Notes under the pieces: generated by a model
Databases searched by the model: none
What the model was told of the DNA's origin: nothing
The model's input: only the letters and a program-made list of their open reading frames with translations
Shown: in pieces, positions 1 to 10,224 of the stretch
Position numbering within the stretch: the first letter of the stretch is position 1
Layout of the letters: every line of letters begins with the position of its first letter
Assembly (NCBI GenBank): GCA_051294375.1
Contig: CM119267.1
Location: 10,225,458 to 10,289,457, forward strand
Source of the DNA: Paraspadella gotoi
Lineage: Eukaryota > Animalia > Chaetognatha
Length of the DNA: 64,000 nucleotides
Reading direction: 5' to 3'
Position numbers and translations under genes: made by a program

Positions 1-435
1 CTCCGCAATGGATGCCGACGTTACGTTTGTGAAGACCCTTAATGATGAGTCTTTGACTGGAAGCTGGTCGGTTGTGTTTTAAAGTACTTTTGTTTAAATA
101 CTTAAAATTCTTATCCGTATTTTTTTTTTTTTTTTTGCTAGATAAAAAGAGGGAAAAGAGCGGAAAGGTTGGATACAAGGACAAAAGAGCTAGTCCAAGT
201 GAAGATATATTCCATCCACAATATATGTGGAATTTTTTCTTACGTCACGAGTAAATCTATTATTTTATTCGTGAAATAGTTGGTAGATGTTAGCCTTAGT
301 TTGTACTAGTCTTTTGTCTTATATATTTTTGAAAGTCAGTCATTATAGATAAATTTAAGTTTCATCTTTAAAAAGTTACTTCATATTTAATATAAATTAT
401 GAAGTCTATAAATAGACTTGCGTTTAATTCGCAAC

Positions 436-2226
436 ATGACCAGTATGCAAGAAAATAGCAAGTTTTTGAGTGTTAATCATTTTTATGGTTCTTCAAATCG
501 TTCGTCGAGCTGTACAGCTCTTAGTCCTAGTCCGAGGATGGGAACAAAAGCAATAAGTTGTCAAAGATCACCTATAAACCTGTCTCCACTTCCTACAGTT
601 TCTTTGGCAACTTCTCCTTTGAAAAGTCCCAGTCAGTCGAACGTTTCTACTTCTCATAGTTTAATTGGGTTTGATCAAAACATGAATAAAATGCCAGTAA
701 TTCGTACTGATGATAAATTATTGCAATGCACAATTACTGCAAATCCGACGACGCCTCCAAATGTTAGAAATTGGGACTTTTCGGATTCTGATGAAAGTAC
801 CAAAAAAATACTTCCAGCTATTTCAAATAAACCAATAAAAAAATCAAAGTTAAATAGTGATCAAAATTCTAGTTACTTTACACCAAAAATTACTTCAGCC
901 ATAATCGCAATGCTAGTTTTATTATTATTATGCTATCGAATTGGTTTTAATCAACAAGTCGATACTCCCGTTAATGCGTTGAGTAATCAAGAGCACATGT
1001 TGGTCCAACTTGAAAGGAAGGTAGAATTGCTTTTTACTCGAAAAATCGCAAGCATAACAGAAGCAATTCAATACTCCATATTAAAAACTTCTGAGAAATC
1101 TGATGGTTCTTCAAATCATACAGATTTAATTAAAGAAAGACTATCTGAAATCGAAGATATTATTAATGGAGTCCAGACTTCGGTGAATTTTCACGAAACT
1201 ACAATAAAAAAAAATATTATCAAGTTGGAAGAAGCAACAATGAAAAATATAGAAATGTCTATTCTGTTATCATCATGCAGCGAAGATCTGAAACGAATTG
1301 AGAAAAAAATAAATGATGATTATATGTTGGAAAAAGTAATGGAGGCTGAACTTAAAAGTTTGATTTTCAAGCAAAAAGCGGAGGTAGAGACAATTAAAAA
1401 GATGATACAAAACAATTGTAAAAATGATGACCAAAATTTGCAAAAAATCATAGACGTTGGAAAAAATATTCAATCAACTTTAAAAAATGAATTGCAAGAA
1501 GTGTTTGACGTGCGCTTAGATAATGTTGAAAGCAAATTATTAAAGGGTTTAAGCGATTTAATGAAGTTCGGCGAAAAATTGGACAACATGGTGAAACACA
1601 CTAAAGATATTACATCCTATAAATATTTGATTGCAGCAAAAGAGGAGCTTCAAAGTTTCATTACAAAGACAGTCGTCAGTCAAAAAACAGAAAAAGCCGA
1701 TTACGCTTTAGAAACACAAGGTGGTTTTATTCTTGAAGAAGAAACCACTGAAACTTATGTAAATTCTCCTTCATTTACTTCATTCTTTGGATTTCCCTTG
1801 AGATATCATGTAAATGGTCCTCGTACTATCATTCAACCTGGTATGCATCCGGGACAGTGTTGGCCTATGTCTGGAACTCAGGGTCACGTCCTAATTAAAC
1901 TTTCTCACACGATTTTACCTCAAGGGTTTACTATAGAACACATTCCAAAAAATCTATCACCAACTAATGACATACTTTCTGCAGTCAAATATTTTCATGT
2001 CGAAGGATTTTTTGATTATCACCATTTTTCAATTTCTAACGGTAGTAAATTTGGCCCTTATTGGTATGACGATAATTCTGTTTTTTCAAACCAATTTTTT
2101 AACGTAACCATTAAAGAAAGAAAGCCGGTATCATATGTTAAATTGAAAGTTTTGTCAAATTATGGAAATCCTAATTTTACCTGCATTTATAGATTTAAAG
2201 TTCATGGCGTTTTCTTTTCAACATGA
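436..2226 (+). CDS. SUN-domain nuclear envelope protein (LINC complex), intronless
   Basis: S/P-rich N-terminus, one TM (ITSAIIAMLVLLLLCYRI), long coiled coil, C-terminal SUN domain (DYALETQGG, PGQCWPMSGTQG, FTIEHIP, SNYGNPNFTCIYRFKVHG). First ATG is 436. Confidence 0.93.
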   Translation: MTSMQENSKFLSVNHFYGSSNRSSSCTALSPSPRMGTKAISCQRSPINLSPLPTVSLATSPLKSPSQSNVSTSHSLIGFDQNMNKMPVIRTDDKLLQCTITANPTTPPNVRNWDFSDSDESTKKILPAISNKPIKKSKLNSDQNSSYFTPKITSAIIAMLVLLLLCYRIGFNQQVDTPVNALSNQEHMLVQLERKVELLFTRKIASITEAIQYSILKTSEKSDGSSNHTDLIKERLSEIEDIINGVQTSVNFHETTIKKNIIKLEEATMKNIEMSILLSSCSEDLKRIEKKINDDYMLEKVMEAELKSLIFKQKAEVETIKKMIQNNCKNDDQNLQKIIDVGKNIQSTLKNELQEVFDVRLDNVESKLLKGLSDLMKFGEKLDNMVKHTKDITSYKYLIAAKEELQSFITKTVVSQKTEKADYALETQGGFILEEETTETYVNSPSFTSFFGFPLRYHVNGPRTIIQPGMHPGQCWPMSGTQGHVLIKLSHTILPQGFTIEHIPKNLSPTNDILSAVKYFHVEGFFDYHHFSISNGSKFGPYWYDDNSVFSNQFFNVTIKERKPVSYVKLKVLSNYGNPNFTCIYRFKVHGVFFST

Positions 2227-2344
2227 CTTTTTTTGGCATATACTAATTGATATATCGCTGTTTCAGTGTTTGTTTCGTTTTAAAAGAAAATTAATATTTT
2301 ATCGATTGGATTAACATTGCCATATTTTTTAGGTTTTCCTAATC

Positions 2345-3118
2345 ATGTTCCAAGAGAATCCAGTTCATGGTCTTTTAGACCAAATAACGATCTTTGAAAA
2401 GACAGTCATGACCATCATTTTGGATGCGTCAAAAAAACTGGCTCACCTCACCAATTGTAAGACGTTCCTTATGTTCGAATCAAGTGGTCAAAGATTTTAC
2501 GTTGGCAGCACTGATTTATGTCGCTTGTATCTCAGTGGAGAGCTGATCCCGAGAAGTAACGATGTGAAACTTTTAAATGATGTCTCCGATGGCAACGAAA
2601 AGGTGCAGTGTCAAATCCCTGGCAATCCAAGTAATCCCAGTCAAGTTGTGCCAAAGATTTCTAATTATTTGGAAATATCTGTAATAAAATGTGTGGATGT
2701 CGCAAATGTGTTTATCTCGGATATCGTTACTTTGCAAAAGAAACAATCAGCTGAGATAATGGATGAGTCTAGGTTTGTGAAAAAAAAACCTTTTAAAAAA
2801 TCGGACACAAAATTTCTTCGGTCAAAAGATCGAAATTCTCTAATAAATACTTGTCATAAATGTCAAAATCAGTTTCGAAGCCCCAGTATTCTTAAGCGAC
2901 ACATGGCTTCTGTTCATAATATTGGCAACGAGAAGTATTTGTGCATTCTGTGTGGATTTTGCACGATTCGGAAGGATAACATGAAAAACCACACGATGAG
3001 AAAACATGGGGCAACAAATGTCTTCAAAAAAGTTGGTTTCCATCAAGTTGAGCGGACGCATCAACCTCGTCACTTACCATTTTCCATTGCCCCTACAGTT
3101 ATGACCAATTATGAATGA
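2345..3118 (+). CDS. C2H2 zinc-finger protein with MADS-like N-terminal segment
   Basis: Two C2H2 fingers (CHKC-x12-H-x4-H; CILC-x12-H-x4-H). N-terminal LDASKKLAHLTNCKTFLMFESSGQRFYVGS recalls the helix/beta-hairpin half of a MADS box. Confidence 0.75.
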   Translation: MFQENPVHGLLDQITIFEKTVMTIILDASKKLAHLTNCKTFLMFESSGQRFYVGSTDLCRLYLSGELIPRSNDVKLLNDVSDGNEKVQCQIPGNPSNPSQVVPKISNYLEISVIKCVDVANVFISDIVTLQKKQSAEIMDESRFVKKKPFKKSDTKFLRSKDRNSLINTCHKCQNQFRSPSILKRHMASVHNIGNEKYLCILCGFCTIRKDNMKNHTMRKHGATNVFKKVGFHQVERTHQPRHLPFSIAPTVMTNYE

Positions 3119-3190
3119 TTATTGTAATTATACGGCTCAACTGAATTATTGAAGTTTTTTTACTATAAGAAAATATTAATTTTTTATCAA

Positions 3191-3335
3191 CGGCAGGGCT
3201 CACCTTTGAAGTGGTTGTGTTAGGGGCGACAGACTCTCAGTGGTCGCCTCCTACCACTGTCGTGTCGCTTTGCCAACTAAGCGGGAAGCCGCCGGGATTA
3301 AAGCCGGAGCGATGGTTTGCATCGCCGTCGCCCAT
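3191..3335 (+). repeat. GC-rich structured repeat fragment (copy 1), possibly retroelement 5'-UTR/HDV-like ribozyme remnant
   Basis: GC island in AT-rich DNA. Long stem ggcagggc...gctttgcc encloses taggggcgac/gtcgcctccta. Shares ctcacct, gttaggggc and tggtttgc motifs with 5614-5795. Confidence 0.4.
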
Positions 3336-3748
3336 TTTATCATTTATCTATATTTTACCTTTTTTTTTCATCTTTTTAGCTCTTATAAATTTATTTATTC
3401 AATTTTTTAATTAAATTAAATTAATTAAATTCGTTCAATTTAAATAATGTAATTTATCAGAATTTGTTTCATTTATTTAAATTAAATAAATTTAAATCAT
3501 TCAATTTATTTCATTCATTCATTTAATTTTTTTGGATATATTAAATCAAGTTTGTTATATATAAAACTTACGTAGTGTTCCTGCATCAAATTTGATTTTT
3601 TTGAGGATCAAAATTTGTCATGGGTCCAAATTTTGTTATGCGATTGCGACGATCCTTCTTATGCTTTAAGATTTTTATTAATATTTTGGATTTTTACTAA
3701 AGCTTGTGTATTTGCTTTTCATTTTGTTAAATATTTGAATAAGATTAT

Positions 3749-3830
3749 GTTAGGGGTAGCCGAACTCAATGGGGTAAGTCAAAAATTTAGAATGAGTACA
3801 TGCTCAAACGAAAATTTATACATTTTTAAG
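3749..3830 (+). repeat. Dispersed repeat (transposon-end-like)
   Basis: actcaatggggtaagtcaaaaatttagaatgagtacatgctcaaacgaa recurs in reverse complement at about 45335-45385. Confidence 0.6.
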
Positions 3831-4346
3831 TATACTTTCAATGGAAAAAAAAATCTTATATGGCTTTATAGTCTATACCCTAGTAATTATTTTTTTTATA
3901 TCTATTTATAGATACGAAAAAAAATTTTTAGAAATTTTAAATTTTAAAACCAGATTCATAAAATGTTTTCTACACAAAGTATAATTCTTTTATAAATTTT
4001 TTTATGATAAGGAGGTCAAAAATAAGAAAGACTGTAAAAAAATCATCATCACCTTTTGATGATTTTATCAGTTTTTTATATTTTTATTGAAAAAAATGTA
4101 AGAATTTTTAAAAGCTGTAATTATTTGTTTTGTTTAACTTTTCACGCTCTATCAGAATCCATTAAAACATTTTAATATTTAATTTTTTTTTATTTATATA
4201 ATAATATAATAATTTTAATTAAATTTAATTTAAATTAATTGCTCTTAATGCTCTTTAGTGATAACCATGCTTTTGAATCTAGATTTTTAAAATTTATTTA
4301 TGACAAATCTATACAATAATCATTCATCATTTTGCTTTTCATTTAG

Positions 4347-4762
4347 AGGTTCCTGTATCTTCAAATCGGCCTACAAATGATACATCTGTAAGTTCCTCTA
4401 ATGATTCTGCTCGCTTAACTCAAAATGACTTTATTTCATCCCGAAAAAAATTTGGAAGTAAATCATTCTCTGACTTTAGAAGAAAATACAAGTGCCACTT
4501 ATGCAACTGCAGTTATACGCTTAGTCATAATTTAGGATTTCATTTGAGAAAAAAGCACCGGATTAGTTGGTCACAGTTTTTACAATATAAGCAAGCAAAA
4601 GACGAAATACTTGATTCCGGACATGCCCGAAAAATAGTATCGTCTATGCCAGATAAACTAACGTCGAGAAAAACCTTAAACAAAAAAATGATCCGCGCTC
4701 TTCTAAAAAATACATCTTCGTCTTTACATACAAAAGATGACAATTTTCCTCTAATAGGTTGA
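4347..4762 (+). CDS. ATG-less terminal coding exon with one C2H2 finger
   Basis: Open frame follows the acceptor ttttcatttag (4346): VPVSSN...KYKCHLCNCSYTLSHNLGFHLRKKH...LIG*. No Met upstream of the finger. Confidence 0.65.
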
Positions 4763-4955
4763 ATAATAGACACAACGTCAGAATAGCCAGAACATCAAAT
4801 ATAATAACATTTCGTTTTTGAAAGTAATTTATTAATTATTTCTGTATTTCTCCTATATTTTTTTAACCGTGTACTTTTTGCGATCAGCTTACAAATATTT
4901 TATGATTTTATATTCGGTGATTGAAGACGAAAATCGTTGGTGTCTATTATTCAAG

Positions 4956-5416
4956 TCGATGATGGATTTTGCGAAACTCAAAATCGACATTCCAAAGTCG
5001 ACGTGGGTGGTTTTTTCGTCGATTCAGTCGATAAAAAATTAGTGTGCCCCCTTTGTGATTCGCTTCTCTCAAGTTTTTCCAGTCTGAGGCAACACGTGAA
5101 GGAAGATCACGAGCCCAATCAAAGCCTTTACCTTTGCCGTTTTGGACTCTGTCGTATGAAGTTTAAGAGACGAGACGATGCTGTTCAGCATCTTCTTCGA
5201 ATCCATGTTACCAATGAAGAAGATAAGTTCATAAAGTCATTGCCACTCGATCTAGCAGTTTTCTTCAAAGCAAGATGCGAATTTGAGGTTGAACAAAACG
5301 AGAAAAATAGCTTTGTAAATGAGAACTTAATTAACTTTAGTTCTGAGACAGGAGAAGATGTTGCCCCAAATGTTGAAGACACTTTTATTGAAACACTTTC
5401 TATTGACTCACTTTGA
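4956..5416 (+). CDS. ATG-less terminal coding exon with two C2H2 fingers
   Basis: CPLC-x12-H-x4-H and CRFGLC-x12-H-x4-H. In-frame stop at 4922 and first Met only inside finger 2. Candidate acceptor ttattcaag (4955). Confidence 0.65.
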
Positions 5417-5613
5417 TTTTATACTTATTTCTAATCGTACAAACTTCCGTTATTGTCTGTTCTTTATTATTATATTCTATTAGGTCATTTTTGTAGAAAC
5501 GTTACGTCTTTCAAGAGTCCCTCAAGTTTCTTAAACGTAAGTATGACCGTTAATCATCTTAGAAAAAGGTTGTGGTATAGCAACAGCCTGGTTGTCTGTA
5601 ATGTCGGGGGGGG

Positions 5614-5795
5614 GGCATCTCACCTGTTGGCGTTAGGGGCTTCTTACCTTCAATGGTGCTGCTTGCCACTGGCGCGGTTACCCTACGAAGTCGTTACGAC
5701 TGGATGGAACGTAACGCTTGGAATGGTGCGTTCCCCCTCGGAGCCATTGGAATTGGCTGAACGGAGTTGGTGAGGCGGTATGGTTTGCGTTGAGC
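5614..5795 (+). repeat. GC-rich structured repeat fragment (copy 2), related to 3191-3335
   Basis: ggcatctcacct..gttaggggc..gcttgccact..gcgg..tggtttgc is collinear with copy 1. Confidence 0.4.
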
Positions 5796-6245
5796 TTTTA
5801 AGCAAACTAAATAAAAAGAAAAAATAGTCGTAATCCTTCAGATCTTTTTCCAAATGTGAGAAATGAAACGAAAAAAACTTCTGTGGTTAATATACTTTGC
5901 TTATTAAAGCTTTATGAACTAACAGAGGAAGACGCCTCAAATATTAATGAGATTACATTCTTCGAAACATAATCTGTGTTAACAAATTCGGTTTTACATA
6001 ATTAGTCGTTAACCCCTTGAGTTAAGAAGCGTAACCCCGTTGGCTTGGGTGAGATTGATGTTACTGCTCACCAAGCGGCTTGAGGTTCGCCCCTGTGGAC
6101 CGTGGTGAACCCATGTAAGTCAGACAAATGCTCAGTTTTGAACCTAGCATAGTGAATAAGTAAGATAATGACTAAAACTACTGTATTAAGTATTCATAGC
6201 TTTTACATTATCAAACTTATCTTTTTTAGCCTAATTTTTAGGATC

Positions 6246-7752
6246 ATGACAGAAATTGAAAACGAAGAGTTGTTGGATTATGACGAGGACGAGCAGGCCA
6301 ACGAGATCCCTGCGTCCACTTCAGTTGGGAGGTCGTCCGCTGTGGCTAAGAAGGATGTCAAAGGAACATACGTCTCCATTCACAGTTCAGGATTTCGAGA
6401 CTTTCTTCTCAAGCCGGAGCTGCTTCGCGCCATTGTTGATTGCGGTTTTGAGCATCCCTCTGCTGTTCAACACGAGTGCATTCCGCAAGCCATACTAGGT
6501 GCTGGAAAGCGATTTATCATCATTCAAATGCAAGACAATTTATTTTAATGTATTTGTCGGTTTTTGTTTTCAGGAATGGATGTAATTTGCCAGGCTAAAT
6601 CTGGAATGGGAAAGACAGCCGTTTTCGTTTTAGCCACGCTGCAGCAACTTGAGCCCGTTGAAGGTCAAGTTTCCGTGCTCGTCCTTTGTCACACCCGCGA
6701 GTTGGCCTTTCAAATCTCTAAGGAATATGACCGTTTTGCGAAATACATGGCTAATTTTAGAACGGCCGTCTTTTTTGGTGGCGTGAATATCAAGAAGGAC
6801 GAAGAAACGATCCGGAAGAACAGCCCTCACATCGTCGTCGGCACACCCGGTCGTATTCTGGCGCTCTCACGCGATCGCACGCTTAATTTGAAGTACATCA
6901 AGCATTTCATTCTTGATGAGTGCGACAAGATGTTGGAAGCGCTCGACATGAGGCGCGACGTCCAAGATATCTTTCGATTGACTCCTCACGATAAGCAGGT
7001 CATGATGTTTTCCGCTACGCTCTCCAAAGAGGTGAGGCCCGTCTGCAAGAAGTTTATGCAAGACCCCATGGAGATTTACGTGGATGACGAGGCCAAGCTT
7101 ACCCTGCACGGACTACGACAACACTACGTCAAACTCAAGGATAACGAAAAAAATAGGAAGCTTTTCGAGTTGTTGGATGTCCTCGAGTTCAACCAGGTTT
7201 ATAAGCGGGCTAAAGGCCATTTTGCATTTTTCCATGTTTGCATTTAACTTTAAAAGGAGATATAGTAATATTTTGAAATTTCTGGGTAAAGTTAGTTCAT
7301 AGTTAAATAAAATGATTTTTTACAAATTTGTTTAGGTGATCATCTTCGTAAAAACCGTTCCTCGATGCATCGCGCTCTCTCAACTCCTGGTCGACCAGAA
7401 TTTCCCCGCCATCTGCATTCACCGCGCGATGGTGCAGGAAGAGCGTCTCTCACGTTATCAGCAATTCAAAGAATTTCAGAAGCGCATCTTGGTGGCCACA
7501 AATCTGTTTGGCCGCGGAATGGATATCGAGCGAGTCAATATTGTTTTCAACTATGACATGCCAGAAGATTCCGACACTTACCTCCACCGCGTGGCCCGAG
7601 CCGGACGTTTCGGAACCAAGGGGCTTGCCATTACTTTCGTTTCCGACGAAACCGACGCCAAGACTCTGAACGAAGTTCAGGATCGCTTCGAGGTCAACAT
7701 CACAGAGTTGCCCGATGAGATAGACATTAGTTCCTACATTGAGGGACGTTGA
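6246..7752 (+). CDS. DDX39B: DECD-box RNA helicase UAP56/DDX39B (3 coding exons)
   Basis: [63 protein letters not shown] introns at about 6499-6573 and 7197-7335. Confidence 0.97.
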
Positions 7753-8032
7753 CGCATTGGCCATTACACGGATTTTGACCAGTTTTTAAGTTAGATTTTC
7801 ACAAAAAAAAATTTTACTTTCGTTCATTTTCAATTGATCTTTTTGCCCTTGTGTTATCGCGAGTTCTTGAACCAGTGTTTGCTGAGAAAATGGCTCTCAG
7901 CATTTGAAACTTGAATTGTTTTGTTTAATATTTTCTTTAGTATAACAAGAGAACTTGGTCAATCATCAGCATACTGGAAAAAAATCAACTTTAATTTTTA
8001 TTAGATTTAAGTTCTATAACATATTTGCGCGC

Positions 8033-8463
8033 ATGGCAGATGCAGACGAGGATAAAGTTTCCGATCACCGAGGTTAATTTTGAGATTAACTTTGCGCACC
8101 TACTATTATCGTTAGAAATAAAATAATTTTAAAATATTTTTTTTTCTAGTTTCCGAAACCGACGAAATCATAGAAGAAAATAAAAGAAAAAAAGAAGCAG
8201 ACGTTGGGGAGATAATCGTCTCCAATCGCTCGTCGAGCAAAAAAGATGACGAAGATGAAGTGGAGGATCCTCAAGAAAAGTTGAAAGAGAAATGCGGGGA
8301 AAAGCTGTGCCTAAAGACCAAAGAAAAGTGGGAATCTTGTGAGGAGAGAGTTAACGATGGCAAAGTCATGTTTGAAGGGGAAACTTGCACTGAAGAATTA
8401 TTTAACTTTCTCAAATGCGTTGACAATTGCGTGGCAAAGAAATTGCATAAATATTTGTTCTGA
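8033..8463 (+). CDS. UQCRH: Cytochrome b-c1 complex hinge subunit (QCR6)
   Basis: Acidic N-terminus, then DPQEKLKEKC...CEERV...ETCTEELFNFLKCVDNCVAKKL. Intron 8073-8148. Confidence 0.88.
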
Positions 8464-8655
8464 AGTGTTGTCGTTTGTGGGATATTAGATACAATATAAA
8501 TATTTGTATTATATAATTTTCTAGTCATCTGGATTTAAACTATTTGGAAAATTTTTTAATTAAAAAATTTTATGTACAATGAATTTAAGGTATTTTCGTT
8601 TTTATAGATTTGCATTTACGTTTTAAAGGTTAGTCCATTTAAATTGTTTATCAAT

Positions 8656-10082
8656 ATGGCCGATGCTACATTGACTAAGCTTCACCGAATCATTCACAAC
8701 GCAAGTTTTGAGGTCGACGAGATATTGAGGCGGCGGCAGCAGCACCAGGACGATCTCGAGAATTTAGAACAGGAGCTAGAAAAGGCTCGAGCCGATATCG
8801 ATAGCATTGAAAAAGATGTCTTTTACGCTAACGACCAATTAGTGCAAGCCAACTGCGAGCACGATCGTTTGTCTCGGCTCGCCGATGACACTGAACGAGA
8901 AAAAAAGATCTTGGAGGAACAAATACCGAATAAGGAAAGATTGTTGGACGAAGAAAACGAAAAGCGCGATCATGAGGAAACCGATCATCTCATCCAGATG
9001 AAGGACTGGAGAGAAAGAGATGCCGCTTGTAGGAAGGGCTGGGAGAAGATGCCCTGGATGTGTTCGATGAGGTCCTGGCAGCAACGGGTCGTTGAAGAGC
9101 GCGCAATGGTCGAAGATTTAAAAAAATCACATCCTTTACTTTTCGCCGCTCTGGAGAAGCGAAACGTTGGGAAAGAACTTTTGAGAAAGGCTGGTTCCGT
9201 TTCTTCATTCTTTGTGGATTTCGCGGCACGTATGATTCGGTACAGCGCCGAGACAGAGAACGTGGAAAACCTTGGCGCGAGGTTGCAGGAAGTGAGGGTC
9301 AATTACTTCAAACTGCGACGTACGATCGATAAGGAAAAGTCGGAACTCGCTAAGCAGGTGTACTTTTCCCCTCTTCCTATATTAATTACTATTTTTTGTG
9401 GTTGAATATGGATTATTTTACTTTTACCGTAACAACATTAATGAAATAAAATGTGATAGAATAAAAATTATCAATAACCAATGTCCAATAATCAATCGAC
9501 TTTCAAGACCAAACGGCCAATGTTTGTGACGAGGATGAAAAAGATACCGGCCCCGCCGATCCAACGCTCTTCGCCGGCCAGACCGGAGGCCCTGGCGAAA
9601 TTTCAGAAATGCCGGCCCCGCCATTCTGAGTTGCCGAGATTTCCGTCTACCATTTCAAGTCCTCCTCGCAAAGGAAGTTCACTTAACACCCACGCGATGA
9701 TGAAAACACCGCAATTGAATTTACCGCAGTTTTTAACGCGATCGAATGATGATCAAACGAGGATGGCCAAACCTATTCAAAGCCCGAAAATAGCGGCCTC
9801 AAGAAGTCTCGCAATTCCCCGCAATATACAGGTTTTTATCCCAAATTTTAATGGGTTCACTTGTTTAATATTTATCCAAGTCTTTTACTTCGCCAAAATC
9901 ATTTGTAGAGCCTACCTAGCAATACTCGTCGGCATCTCGTTGCTCGCTCTCAACCAGATGGTTTGGATAATGAATTTCATTTTGGCGACGAAAGAATCGA
10001 GGAAAGTTCCAGTAACGATTTCGCTTTAGATCTGGATTTTGGATCATCCAGAAAACCATCCAATTTTTCATTCGACTTTTAA
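8656..10082 (+). CDS. Coiled-coil protein with disordered C-terminus, SIX6OS1/CCDC172-like candidate
   Basis: Exons 8656-9357, 9508-9831 and 9909-10082 join in phase 0 with GT-AG sites. About 230 aa coiled coil, S/P-rich tail, ends NFSFDF*. Confidence 0.65.
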
Positions 10083-10224
10083 AACATGGTTTAGCTGATT
10101 TGACATTTTCAATCAACTTTATTTTCCTTAATTTTCTTCTATCAAAAATAAATTTTCACAAGTCAAGATGACGTATCTCGGTTACTTAATTTTTTTTCAG
10201 AGTTTTAAAGTCTAGACCAAGAAA

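Noticed and set aside
1-254. Possible last exons of an upstream gene (ORF 72-254)
   Set aside because: The donor at about 67 and acceptor at about 141 do not join into a stop-free frame, and there is no recognisable product.
3218-3228. CCCTAAC on the minus strand (also at about 5632) as a telomerase RNA template
   Set aside because: Only 7 nt of the TTAGGG complement, with no template-boundary or pseudoknot evidence.
6630-7764. Antisense ORFs over DDX39B (and similar shadows over Sbno, Angel, PCMT1 and the EGF exons)
   Set aside because: Expected by-products of GC-rich codon usage on the true coding strand; no domains.
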